In this document: in pieces, positions 26,916-36,891 of the stretch | How positions within the stretch are numbered: position 1 is the stretch's first letter | How the letters are laid out: each line of letters starts with the position of its first letter | Made by a program: the position numbers and the translations under genes | The notes under the pieces: model-generated | Databases searched by the model: none | Told to the model about the DNA's origin: nothing | What the model saw: the letters and a program-made list of their open reading frames with translations, nothing else | Source: a virus | Lineage: Duplodnaviria > Caudoviricetes | IMG/VR virus record: IMGVR_UViG_3300042451_000960 | Reading direction: 5' to 3' (one strand) | Length of the DNA stretch: 64,000 nucleotides

Positions 26916-27670
26916 GGAAGTGCTTTTAAATGTTTACCAACTTTAGTAACTCCTTTATGTTGAACTGCTATTGTGGCACATTCATTACCATAAATTATTG
27001 CACTTTGAATATCATTTGTTCTACAATATTGAATTACCAATGCAGAAATAAATGAATCTCCGGCGCCACTATTATCTCTAACTTCAACTTCTGCCACATT
27101 GTATTCTTTATCCATATACTTACATCCCTTTCCACTCATAGTTACAATTAATTTATCGTAGAATTCTTTGAAGTATTGTCCAGCTGCGATATTGTTTTCA
27201 TACTCATGCTCATTTATTTTAATGAACCTAGCTCCTAACATTTTTTCATTAATAATCTTTTTAGTATCAATGAATACAATATCATGCTTTGAACAAATAT
27301 ACTCAATATCATCATACTCTAAAAATCCTTTATTGTAATCTGATATAATAACTGCGCAATAATTTTCAAAAGGAATATATTCTAGTCCTTCTACTCTTTT
27401 TGATTTGGCCGAATCAGAATCTACTCTAATGATTTGATGGTTTGTTTTTTCCTCAACATATCTTGTTTTAGTAATAACTTCCGAATTCGTAACTAAATCA
27501 ACTTCAACACCCAATGATTCTATATTTTCATATACGTTAGCTGCCATACCACCTGTTTCAGTCTTTCTTTGTGGAATGAATACAGGTACAGGAGCTTCAG
27601 GGCAAAGTCTATTTGCTTTACCATAAATGAATACATCTTTACAACTATCTCCTATAACTAATATTTTCAT
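26912..27670 (-). CDS. PfkB-family sugar kinase (HldE/RfaE kinase-domain-like)
   Basis: LVIGD...RLCPEAPVPV, GGMAANV, ISDYNKG, DNSGAGDSF. Confidence 0.88.
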   Translation of the reverse strand: MKILVIGDSCKDVFIYGKANRLCPEAPVPVFIPQRKTETGGMAANVYENIESLGVEVDLVTNSEVITKTRYVEEKTNHQIIRVDSDSAKSKRVEGLEYIPFENYCAVIISDYNKGFLEYDDIEYICSKHDIVFIDTKKIINEKMLGARFIKINEHEYENNIAAGQYFKEFYDKLIVTMSGKGCKYMDKEYNVAEVEVRDNSGAGDSFISALVIQYCRTNDIQSAIIYGNECATIAVQHKGVTKVGKHLKALP

Positions 27671-27671
27671 A

Positions 27672-28076
27672 CTACCAACTAATTTCCCAATCTTTAAATT
27701 CTGCTGCTAAGCAATCAATCTTATAATCTTTTCTACCACCCATTACTTCTTGAATTTTGTTTTTAGCAACATTACGGATTCCATTTAATCCATGTGTTAA
27801 TTCTAAATTATTACCATCTTTAATTCCCTTACGATAATTTGATTCGTTATGCCAAATATGTAAGTTCATTTGTGATAAAACTATAATCGCTCTGATTGTT
27901 TCAGCTGTAATTGGTTCTTTACTTTCATCCAAATACAATTGAATATCATGCACAATTGCTTTTATTTCTTCCGCGTATTCTTCTTTATGTTCGGTAATGA
28001 ATACTTCTTTTAATTGAACGATACTTAAACGGTCAACTAATTCACTTAATGTAGGTAAATACTTTCTTTCTGTCAT
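27672..28076 (-). CDS. Helical hypothetical protein within the glycan cluster
   Basis: LSELVDRLSIVQLK...NLHIWHNES; loosely DUF4254/DUF6165-like. Confidence 0.6.
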   Translation of the reverse strand: MTERKYLPTLSELVDRLSIVQLKEVFITEHKEEYAEEIKAIVHDIQLYLDESKEPITAETIRAIIVLSQMNLHIWHNESNYRKGIKDGNNLELTHGLNGIRNVAKNKIQEVMGGRKDYKIDCLAAEFKDWEISW

Positions 28077-28077
28077 A

Positions 28078-29013
28078 TTATAAATTTGTAAAATTTTGAT
28101 TATTTTTCTTAACTACCAATTTGTAAGCCTGTATCAATTGTTTGATTCCATAATCCAAATCATAAATTGGTTTCCATCCTAACGCTTCTAATTTCTCATT
28201 TGATACGATATAGTTTCTTTTATCAAAATCTTCTTTGAAATCATCTTGCTTAATTACTAATGATGGGATATGTGATTTAATTTTTTCTGCTAATTCTAAT
28301 TTAGATAAGTTAGCGGTTGATAATCCAACATTAAATGCTTGCCCCTTACACTTCTCATAATTTTCAATAACAAATTGGAATGTACGAGCTATGTCCTGAA
28401 CGTGTATGTAGTTTCTTTTAAAGTGTCCTTCAAATAACACTAAGTAACCATCTACCACACTCTTATATGTAAAGTCATTTACTAAAAGGTCAGTTCTCAT
28501 ACGAGGTGATACACCAAACACAGTTGCCAATCTCAACGATACACCATTTCCTTTTGCTAACATTGCGTTTTCAGCATCACACTTAGTTGTTGCATATAAT
28601 GATAATGGTTTGAATGGCGATTCTTCAGTAATGATTGAATCCGATGAACCATATTGTGAATTGGTATTTGGTAAGATTAACTTTTGGTCATCTCTTAATA
28701 CTTCTAATACATCTGCTATCTGTTGATAGTTCACAGCTACCGTTAATTCTGGATTAGCTTTACATGCCGGCATACCTACAATTGCTGCTAATGGAATAAT
28801 AACATCGTTCAATGATACTAATTCTTGCAAAAGTTTTTTATCTCTAACATCCCCCAATTCAAAATGGAATTTAGGATTTCCAAATAAATGTAATAGTGAT
28901 AATTGACCATACATCAAATTATCCAACACAGTAACAGTGTAACCTGCTTCTAATAAATGTTTAGTAAGGGTTGAACCTAAATAACCCCCACCACCTGTAA
29001 TTAATACTTTCAT
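28078..29013 (-). CDS. NAD-dependent epimerase/dehydratase
   Basis: TGGGGYLG, LAAIVG, YATTK, LRLATVFG. Confidence 0.92.
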   Translation of the reverse strand: MKVLITGGGGYLGSTLTKHLLEAGYTVTVLDNLMYGQLSLLHLFGNPKFHFELGDVRDKKLLQELVSLNDVIIPLAAIVGMPACKANPELTVAVNYQQIADVLEVLRDDQKLILPNTNSQYGSSDSIITEESPFKPLSLYATTKCDAENAMLAKGNGVSLRLATVFGVSPRMRTDLLVNDFTYKSVVDGYLVLFEGHFKRNYIHVQDIARTFQFVIENYEKCKGQAFNVGLSTANLSKLELAEKIKSHIPSLVIKQDDFKEDFDKRNYIVSNEKLEALGWKPIYDLDYGIKQLIQAYKLVVKKNNQNFTNL

Positions 29014-29981
29014 AATCTTTGTTTTATATCGTTATATACTTTTATCATCCCATCTCTCAGAGATGTTTGTGCTTCCCAATCTAATTCTTCTTTTGCTTTA
29101 GATACATCACACCACTGTCCCCATATTACTGTTTTCTTATCAGTATCCCATTCTATTTCAATATCCTTTCCACTTATTTCAACAGCCGTATTTGCTATAT
29201 CTTCTACCGTACATCTTTCACCTTTACCAACATTGTATGGACCTACTAATTGCTTAGTATCCATTGCTTCAATCATCTTTTCAATACAATCCAAAGCATC
29301 ATCAATGTAACAATAAGAACGAGTTTCTTTACCAGTACCCCATACTCTAAATGGTACTTCAGGATATTTGATTGCTCTATGTGAGAATACAGGAATTACT
29401 GAACCAGTTTCCAATCCAAAGTCTTGATTTGGTCCGTAGATACCAATGAATCTTGCTATTGCTGCTTTTAACCAATCGTTTTCAACTATTGCCGATTCAA
29501 TTGATTTTTCACCAATTAGTTTTGCCCAACCATATGTTAGTTCGGGATTAGCTGGATATGCATCTGATTCTTTAATCATTGGAGAGTCTGCAATCATTTG
29601 TAACTCCTTTGGATAAATGTGTGCCGATGATGCGTAAAAATATGTATCTATTTTGTAATGCAATATTGCTTTCAAAACATTTGCATCCATCTCCATATTT
29701 GTTTTCATAACACCATATGGATTATCCAAATAAACACCAATACCACCAACTTTAGATGCCAAATGTATAACCACATCTTTATCTTCAAAGAATTGCTGCA
29801 TTGTTTCGTAATCTGTCAAATCACATACAACCAATTTTAATCGTTTAATGTTTTCAACGAAATCAACTTTACCTCTTTCCAAATTATCAATAGCAGTAAC
29901 TTCATGTCCTCTTTCAACTAATCTCTTAACTAAATGAGAACCTATAAATCCCGCTCCGCCCGTAACTAATATTTTTTTCAT
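29010..29981 (-). CDS. NAD-dependent epimerase (GDP-mannose 3,5-epimerase-like)
   Basis: TGGAGFIG, ASSAHIY, YGWAK, RSYCYIDD. Confidence 0.88.
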   Translation of the reverse strand: MKKILVTGGAGFIGSHLVKRLVERGHEVTAIDNLERGKVDFVENIKRLKLVVCDLTDYETMQQFFEDKDVVIHLASKVGGIGVYLDNPYGVMKTNMEMDANVLKAILHYKIDTYFYASSAHIYPKELQMIADSPMIKESDAYPANPELTYGWAKLIGEKSIESAIVENDWLKAAIARFIGIYGPNQDFGLETGSVIPVFSHRAIKYPEVPFRVWGTGKETRSYCYIDDALDCIEKMIEAMDTKQLVGPYNVGKGERCTVEDIANTAVEISGKDIEIEWDTDKKTVIWGQWCDVSKAKEELDWEAQTSLRDGMIKVYNDIKQRL

Positions 29982-30694
29982 AATACGAATGAATCAATTT
30001 TATTTCTTAATGTTTCATATTTTTTATTAAAATATGTTGAATCAACAACCTCACCATTAACATAAGAATTATTTACTATTTTTTCAAAATTATTTGCTAA
30101 TAAAAATTCGTCAAATTCAATTGGTTTGGGGTTATTTTCATAATAATTAAAAGTATTTACTTCACAATTTAAATAAACTATTTTATCTAAATATTTTCCA
30201 GCACTTTTGATTATATCTAAATCTTTTCCTTGAGTATCTATTTTAACAATGTCAATATGGTCAAATCTTTCCCAATCTATTCTATCAAGTAATTCAAAAA
30301 ATGGATAAACATCAACATCACTTAATTCTCTAACCGAATCATCTAATTGATTTGTTGGTTTCAAAAGAGATGAAACACCAACATCATTAGACATATGATA
30401 AAATGGTTTTGTTGTTTTTTCGGCAACGTTATCAAGTGCAAGATTTAATAATAAAAAGTTATCATTTGGAAACGAAACACCAATACCATATTGATTAGTA
30501 TATAAACCATTCCTTATAATAGAATCTACAGCGTATTTATTAGCTTCAATTCCAATAACAAAAGTATTTTTATTTTTATTTAACCAATATGATGAATTTG
30601 GTGCACAATAGCTCAATCCTATATCAAATCTGATGCTTTCTACATCCGATGGAATATCGAATTTTCCGTTTTCATTTAAAAATCTTTCTAACAT
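29978..30694 (-). CDS. FkbM-family methyltransferase
   Basis: DIGLS...IEAN, KIDTQGKD; start MLERF is TAATG-coupled to fcl. Confidence 0.75.
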   Translation of the reverse strand: MLERFLNENGKFDIPSDVESIRFDIGLSYCAPNSSYWLNKNKNTFVIGIEANKYAVDSIIRNGLYTNQYGIGVSFPNDNFLLLNLALDNVAEKTTKPFYHMSNDVGVSSLLKPTNQLDDSVRELSDVDVYPFFELLDRIDWERFDHIDIVKIDTQGKDLDIIKSAGKYLDKIVYLNCEVNTFNYYENNPKPIEFDEFLLANNFEKIVNNSYVNGEVVDSTYFNKKYETLRNKIDSFVL

Positions 30695-31647
30695 TATAAT
30701 CTTGCGTTTTCTTTGTTGTTTGAATACCACTCAATAGTTTGTTTTAAACCATCCTCCAAAGTTGTATTTGGTACATATCCAAATGTTTCTTTGAACTTAC
30801 TCATATCATAGAATCTCTTTGGTTGCCCATCTGGTCTAGTTGTATCCCAAACAATCTCACCTTCGTATCCTACTAACTTAGCGATAGTTTCGTTTAATTC
30901 TTTAATAGATGTTTCAACACCAGTTCCTAAATTGAAAGGACCTGTTTCATTACAAGCCATAGCGTCAATGATTGCTTTAACAGTATCACCAACATATAAG
31001 AATTCTCTTGTTGCTACACCAGTTCCCCATACTTCAACGGTAGGTGAATTTGATTCTTTAGCTGCGATGAACTTTCTAATCAATGCAGGAATTACATGCG
31101 AATTTTCTAAATGGAAGTTATCATAAGGTCCGTAAAGATTAGCTGGTAGTAATACCGTTGTATTGAAACCATATTGTTCTCTATATGCCCACCCACCAAT
31201 TACTAAGTTTTTCTTAGCCAATGAATAACCATACGAATTCATATCAGGTAATCCATTCCAAAAATCATCTTCTGAAAATGGTACAGGTATTTCTTTTGGA
31301 TACCCACAACCGGCTGCTAATGATACCAACTTCTCAACACCATTAACATAAGAATAATGATTAATCAACACACTCATCATTGCGTTCTTATAAAAGAACT
31401 CAGCTGGTCTTGCTTTGTTTGCAGCAATACCACCAACTAAACCTGCTATATGTAACACTATTTGTGGTTGATGTAATTGAAAATATCCTCTTACATCGTT
31501 TTCTCTCGTAAAATCCACTTCGGATGAAGATGGTGTTAAAAGATTTGTAAAACCCTGTCTTTGTAGTTCCTCTACTAAATTTTTACCTACGAAGCCGCTA
31601 GCTCCAGTAACTAAAATTGTTTTGTTTTTAAATTGTTCTATATTCAT
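30694..31647 (-). CDS. fcl: GDP-L-fucose synthase-like epimerase/reductase
   Basis: AGLVGGIAAN, YSLAKK, PANLYGPYDNF, SHVIPALIRK, VWGTG...REFLY, DGQP. Confidence 0.9.
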   Translation of the reverse strand: MNIEQFKNKTILVTGASGFVGKNLVEELQRQGFTNLLTPSSSEVDFTRENDVRGYFQLHQPQIVLHIAGLVGGIAANKARPAEFFYKNAMMSVLINHYSYVNGVEKLVSLAAGCGYPKEIPVPFSEDDFWNGLPDMNSYGYSLAKKNLVIGGWAYREQYGFNTTVLLPANLYGPYDNFHLENSHVIPALIRKFIAAKESNSPTVEVWGTGVATREFLYVGDTVKAIIDAMACNETGPFNLGTGVETSIKELNETIAKLVGYEGEIVWDTTRPDGQPKRFYDMSKFKETFGYVPNTTLEDGLKQTIEWYSNNKENARL

Positions 31648-31658
31648 AATTTTTGTTT

Positions 31659-32387
31659 TTAAAGAACACTTGCGTATAAATCGGAAGATGCCATAAGTTT
31701 GAATGTTGAGTATCCATATGATTTTAATAATTCAACTATATCATCTTTTTTATATCCAAATTGTGTTGTATTTTTGTCATCATATTCCAAAAGAATTGAT
31801 GGTTGATATTCTCTTAAAGTTTTTTCTGCACCTTTTAAGATGTTAAGTTCAGCACCTTCCGTATCAATTTTTAAAAGGTCTAAACTTTCTAATTGTAAAG
31901 ATTCCATTAAATCATCTATTGTTTCACAATTTACTTTAAAGTTTTTGTATTCACCAGATTTATTATCATACTGAAATCTTGATGGGTTATCTCCTAACGT
32001 TGCCAAACCACTATCTGTCATATCTAAAGGAACTTTTAATTCCAATTCTTTTTTTTCTGACCACATTCCTAAGTTGAATGGTTTTACATTATCTTCTAAA
32101 CCATTAAGTTTAATATTTTCTTCTAATGCTTCAAATGCCAATGGATTTGGTTCGAATGCATAGCATTTAATTGATTTATTAAGTATTGGTAAAAATATAA
32201 AACTACCAGTATTAGCACCTATATCAAAAAAATTAATGGTATCTCTGTTAAAGATTATATTATTATAAAAAGTTGCTATTAATTGCTCATCATAAATTTC
32301 ACCACCACGAGAAGCACCCCATATAGAGTTACATTTATCTGATAGTAAAATTTCATTTCCTAAAAACTTTGATTTAAAGTGATTCAT
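31659..32387 (-). CDS. FkbM-family methyltransferase
   Basis: FDIGANTG, AFEPNP, KIDTEGAE. Confidence 0.92.
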   Translation of the reverse strand: MNHFKSKFLGNEILLSDKCNSIWGASRGGEIYDEQLIATFYNNIIFNRDTINFFDIGANTGSFIFLPILNKSIKCYAFEPNPLAFEALEENIKLNGLEDNVKPFNLGMWSEKKELELKVPLDMTDSGLATLGDNPSRFQYDNKSGEYKNFKVNCETIDDLMESLQLESLDLLKIDTEGAELNILKGAEKTLREYQPSILLEYDDKNTTQFGYKKDDIVELLKSYGYSTFKLMASSDLYASVL

Positions 32388-33300
32388 AATTTTTCATTTT
32401 TTGATATATTTTTTCAATCTCGTATTCCTTTACTTTTTCATATGCAGCATCTACAATTGGTTGATATGATTTATAGTTATGAATAATGTGATATAATTTA
32501 TAAAAAAGGTCTTCTAAGTTATACCAATATATAAAATGTTCGTTTGGCGTGAACCAATTTTCTATAACATTCCATTGGTCATATTTTACCAAAACCAAAG
32601 TTTTACAAACCATAGATTCTATCACTCTTGGTTTAAATTGTGGTATATATCCACTTTCCAAATCTTTAAATGCTTGGTTGTTTTGCCAACCATCATATTT
32701 GGTTATAAAACCAGAATGTCCATTATTAATTGGTGCTAAGTTCATTGCTATTGAAACTTTACTTTTGGAAAGTATATCCCATTTCAATTTACTTTGAATA
32801 TTAATATGGGTTGGTGTATATGGTGCCTGATAGCCGCTTATGGATGCATGAACATAATTGTAATTTTTCATTATATCAATTATTTTAAAATGCTCCTGTC
32901 CTAATAAATGACCCATATAAATTACATCATATGTTTTTTCGGCAGTGTAATCAATTGATTCAAAAGATTCTTTAGCATATGGGAATGGTATTGGTATAAA
33001 TTTTGTAGAACTTTTTTTATTCATCCAATCACATGTATATGGACATAACGTATATACATGTGTAAAATACTCTTGCTCATCATTACAATTAGTTGTACTA
33101 CAATATGCACAAGGTGCTTCTAAATTAAGATATGTACGTTTATTAAAGTTTTTATATTTTTCTTTTAGTTCTGAATTAATTGATGTTGCATATCCTTGAA
33201 ATAATACTTCTGTTTCAGAGTTATCATCAAATCTTTCTAAATTATAAAAACTATTTATGACATCGCCATATTCTCCACTATGTTCTGCTACTATTTTCAT
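32374..33300 (-). CDS. Putative GT-B glycosyltransferase (CgeB/Glyco_trans_1_2-like C-terminus)
   Basis: YDVIYMG...FKPRVIESMVCKTLVL...FTPNEHFIYW. Confidence 0.7.
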   Translation of the reverse strand: MKIVAEHSGEYGDVINSFYNLERFDDNSETEVLFQGYATSINSELKEKYKNFNKRTYLNLEAPCAYCSTTNCNDEQEYFTHVYTLCPYTCDWMNKKSSTKFIPIPFPYAKESFESIDYTAEKTYDVIYMGHLLGQEHFKIIDIMKNYNYVHASISGYQAPYTPTHINIQSKLKWDILSKSKVSIAMNLAPINNGHSGFITKYDGWQNNQAFKDLESGYIPQFKPRVIESMVCKTLVLVKYDQWNVIENWFTPNEHFIYWYNLEDLFYKLYHIIHNYKSYQPIVDAAYEKVKEYEIEKIYQKMKNYESL

Positions 33301-33307
33301 TCATTTA

Positions 33308-34009
33308 TTATTTTACGAAAAACATACCATAATTTATACGTCTTTCTGAATTAATTATTTTTTCCAATTCCAATTCACTTCTTTTGTAAAAGTTTTTTGG
33401 GTATTCCAAATATGGGTCTCCCTTATCTGAAAATGTTGCTTTAGGAAATACGTCACCTTCATCAAACCAGCCAATGACACCAAATTGGTCATAACCCAAA
33501 CTTTCCAAATGGTCTAATATTTTATATAATTGTTCTGCTTCTTCTTCATGCCACTCAAAACAAATATCATTTGCTTTTTGTGTTAGTCCCTGCAACACAT
33601 TTAATTCATATCCCTCAACATCAATTTTTATTAAATCGGGTATACCAAATCTTTCAAGCATACTATCCAAACTTATAGATTCTATTTTAATAGGAGCTTC
33701 CCATTTAATTGAATTTGCTTCAACATTTTTACTTCCTTTTGTAAATCTAGAATTCTCCATAAAGGTTGTTGAAGCCGTTGATACACCTGTTGCATATTTT
33801 GATATGTAAAAATCAACCATGTCTCCTTCCTTATTGGAAACTAAATTGTTTAAAAGTGTAAAATTGTAGTTTGTATAAAAATGATTTGAAACTCTAGCCG
33901 CTAAATCCGGATTAGCTTCAACTGCCACTACTGAGCAATTTGGGAATTTGTTAAAGCATGTTTGTGTAAATTCACCAACGTTAAATCCTATATCAAATAT
34001 TAATTCCAT
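33308..34009 (-). CDS. FkbM-family methyltransferase
   Basis: FDIGFNVG, VEANP, KIDVEGYE. Confidence 0.9.
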   Translation of the reverse strand: MELIFDIGFNVGEFTQTCFNKFPNCSVVAVEANPDLAARVSNHFYTNYNFTLLNNLVSNKEGDMVDFYISKYATGVSTASTTFMENSRFTKGSKNVEANSIKWEAPIKIESISLDSMLERFGIPDLIKIDVEGYELNVLQGLTQKANDICFEWHEEEAEQLYKILDHLESLGYDQFGVIGWFDEGDVFPKATFSDKGDPYLEYPKNFYKRSELELEKIINSERRINYGMFFVK

Positions 34010-34014
34010 TGTTT

Positions 34015-34872
34015 TTATTTTAAAATGTATTCTTTTGGGTAAAATTTTTCCCTTTTTAAAGTTGGTTCATCGGGGTGATACCATTCTGGCGCTACAACTA
34101 TTTTGTTTGGGTTTGGATTAACATATGCTGCCCACCATCCGAAACTACTTGCATGTGATAGTATATTATGGTCACAACTCATTATTCTACAATAATCATC
34201 AATTTGTTCCTGTCCTTCAGAAAAAAGAAATCCATCTTCGCCAAAGAATTGTTTACACCAATCAACATCAATACTATTGTCTTCATTGAATCTCTGCCCA
34301 CCGGTGAATACTAAGAACTTTACATTCTTTCCATCGAATACTTTCTTTGCTTCTTTGAAATAAGTTTCATACATTCCATCAGGTTCATACGCTTGAATCA
34401 ATCCAGTTTGCCCATTAGTCATATTATCACCTCTCCTAACATGCACACTAACAATTTCACATTGATGTTGCTCTTTTAAGAAATCAATATAGTTCATTCC
34501 TTTATCCAAATATTCATTCTTTGGAGTAAGTTCTTTTTTAATTTCCTCAGCTATATGTTCAAAGTAAAATATACTTTGATAATACCCATCTATTGTTGTA
34601 TTGTCTGGTACACTAAAGAAGTTTGAGTCATATTTTTGCCAAGTTGGTTCTTCATATAAGTTTTGTAATTTATTTGCATCTTCTTGAGTCAAATATTCAC
34701 AATTAATATTAAACTTATCCAACAAAGAAATCTGACCATGCCAGCTCATAGTTTGTGGGTTTGGTATTTTCATTTGGTAACCATTCTTAGTAGCCAACCC
34801 CTTTAAAGCAGCATATTGAAATAATTGATTTCCTAATCTTCCATTTTCTCCTAATCTATGGAATGTTATCAT
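34015..34872 (-). CDS. Alpha-1,2-fucosyltransferase-like (GT11)
   Basis: GRLGNQLFQYA, VSVHVRRGD, SSFGWWAAY. Confidence 0.92.
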   Translation of the reverse strand: MITFHRLGENGRLGNQLFQYAALKGLATKNGYQMKIPNPQTMSWHGQISLLDKFNINCEYLTQEDANKLQNLYEEPTWQKYDSNFFSVPDNTTIDGYYQSIFYFEHIAEEIKKELTPKNEYLDKGMNYIDFLKEQHQCEIVSVHVRRGDNMTNGQTGLIQAYEPDGMYETYFKEAKKVFDGKNVKFLVFTGGQRFNEDNSIDVDWCKQFFGEDGFLFSEGQEQIDDYCRIMSCDHNILSHASSFGWWAAYVNPNPNKIVVAPEWYHPDEPTLKREKFYPKEYILK

Positions 34873-35504
34873 TATTGTATAACTTTATTATTTTTGAAAA
34901 CAGTGAATTCGGTTAAATCTCTATAGCCATTCAATTCACCTTGGTCCGAATTGTGTAAAGGTAAGTTTTGCATCATTGCCAATCCATGTGCTGCTTGTTG
35001 TGGAGTCATATACATATTCCAACCTAAGAACTCAATATCATCATCCTTATAATACTTCTCACTTCTACCCTCATATCTTGCTCTCTTAAACCATTCAGCT
35101 GCTTTAGGGTCATCAGTAAGAATCATACCACCTTTCCAAATTGGAAGTAACTTTTTAATATGAAATGATAATCCCATATAAGTTCCGGGTTGATACATAC
35201 CTTGAGTAAATCTTTTAGCTGCATCCCAAATTGGATATGGTTTCAATTGATAAGCCCCAACCCAATGATTTGTTTCAGGTCTCCTATCAAATATAACTTC
35301 ACCACCGGCGTGGATGATTGATTGTGGTACTGATAGATAAGTTTTAGATGGTATGGTTACCTCTTTAACTTCTAAGTACTTACAAATAAGGAATAGTGCA
35401 TTTGTGCAACTATCAATTGAAATAGCGAAAGGAGCTCCAGTGTACTCTGCCACTTCTTCCTCAAACATCTTTACGATTTTGTATGGGTTGTGTAATTTAA
35501 TCAT
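34872..35504 (-). CDS. Short DegT/DnrJ/EryC1/StrS-family PLP aminotransferase
   Basis: FEEEVAEY...SCTNAL, DAA, SFHIKKLL...GGMILTDD, GWNMYM. Confidence 0.85.
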   Translation of the reverse strand: MIKLHNPYKIVKMFEEEVAEYTGAPFAISIDSCTNALFLICKYLEVKEVTIPSKTYLSVPQSIIHAGGEVIFDRRPETNHWVGAYQLKPYPIWDAAKRFTQGMYQPGTYMGLSFHIKKLLPIWKGGMILTDDPKAAEWFKRARYEGRSEKYYKDDDIEFLGWNMYMTPQQAAHGLAMMQNLPLHNSDQGELNGYRDLTEFTVFKNNKVIQ

Positions 35505-35505
35505 G

Positions 35506-36123
35506 TTAATCTTCTTTTATTATTTCTATACAAAGGATATTCTTATCATTTATCATAACAAGTCTACCATCTTTTGTTTCAAACTTTGTGAACTGTCCCT
35601 GCTTAATTGAATCAGTATCAACTCCATTAAATGTTCTTTTTTCTCCACCAACAAAGTGTAGAATCTTAGAAACATATTTTCCTTTTTGTGTAATTGAACT
35701 TTTTAAGCTAACCATTTTATTTTTTAGTTTATAGTATGTGAAGTTTTCATCCCTACCACTTACTTCAAACCCACAACTAATGAATAACTTATCACTAGCA
35801 ATATTACCATGCTTTACTTTAGCGTATGCAGTTGGCCATATAGCCATAGCTGATTTTATCATAAACTTACCAACTCCCATTCCAAAAAAATCAGGATGGG
35901 TACATACTCTAATATCATCTTCAATCACACCAACATATCCTGCGGGCTTACCATCTAATAAAGCAATACGATAATGTTGTGAATTATCTGTCATATACTT
36001 TATCTGTTGTTCTTCGGTAATTGGAGTTGTTTGTAAAAAGCCATCAATTACTCTACCATCCATTCGAAGCTTTCTAACAAACTCCCAATAGTCTTTCGTA
36101 CATTCTACTAATTCCATATACAT
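35506..36123 (-). CDS. GNAT N-acetyltransferase (PseH-like) with an extra ~69-aa C-terminal domain
   Basis: AGYVG...VCTHPDFFGMGVG...NIASDKLFISCGF; internal ATG at 35715. Confidence 0.7.
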   Translation of the reverse strand: MYMELVECTKDYWEFVRKLRMDGRVIDGFLQTTPITEEQQIKYMTDNSQHYRIALLDGKPAGYVGVIEDDIRVCTHPDFFGMGVGKFMIKSAMAIWPTAYAKVKHGNIASDKLFISCGFEVSGRDENFTYYKLKNKMVSLKSSITQKGKYVSKILHFVGGEKRTFNGVDTDSIKQGQFTKFETKDGRLVMINDKNILCIEIIKED

Positions 36124-36890
36124 ATTTTTTGAAGGTCACCACCACCTCTATAATACCAAAACCTTTGAAGATAATCTCTTTCTGTTGGCATTTTCATTAA
36201 TGGTGTTAAGCAAGTACCAATATCAATAAAGGTGTTATTTGGGTGTTTTTTATATAGTTTATAAGTAGCTATATTTGTAAATGATGATGCTGAGAAAAGA
36301 AATACGTGATTTTCTATTTTATTTTCCGTAATCCAATTATCAATTTCATCAATTACATGCAAATCATTTACCATAGCATTGTAACCAACTCTAAAATCTT
36401 TTACAACAAATGGTAGTTTGGATGTATCGGCATCTTTATGACAAACCATAACACAATTTTTATTATAAAGTTCTGGTAGTACCCAACTTATAAATGTTGG
36501 ATAATTTCCATTAACCCATAGATTTGCCCAAGTTAAATCATCAGAATCACCATTAAACATTTTAATTTGTTTGTCAACATATTCTCTACCATTACAACAA
36601 ACACATCCGATTCCTTTATAGTATTCTGATTGTTTATGTTTCGCAGATTCTAATAATAATTCTCTAATATGTGCATGTTCTATTGGGTCAAAGTGTTTAA
36701 AATCTTGCGATTTATATAAACCACCTTGCTTATGCTCACCAATTTGAATAAGATTATCATCTAATTTTAATTCTTGGTTATCAAGAATATATTGCTCACC
36801 ATCAGAAAATCTTACGAAGGCAAAGTTTTGGTTATTTCTTAATTTATTTAAGAAAAAAGTTAGTTCTTTTTGAAATTGTTTATTTCTCAT
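36108..36890 (-). CDS. GT-D-like/DUF1792-like glycan protein
   Basis: FAFVRFSDGE...FLFSAS...FIDIGT. Confidence 0.55.
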   Translation of the reverse strand: MRNKQFQKELTFFLNKLRNNQNFAFVRFSDGEQYILDNQELKLDDNLIQIGEHKQGGLYKSQDFKHFDPIEHAHIRELLLESAKHKQSEYYKGIGCVCCNGREYVDKQIKMFNGDSDDLTWANLWVNGNYPTFISWVLPELYNKNCVMVCHKDADTSKLPFVVKDFRVGYNAMVNDLHVIDEIDNWITENKIENHVFLFSASSFTNIATYKLYKKHPNNTFIDIGTCLTPLMKMPTERDYLQRFWYYRGGGDLQKICIWN

Positions 36891-36891
36891 A

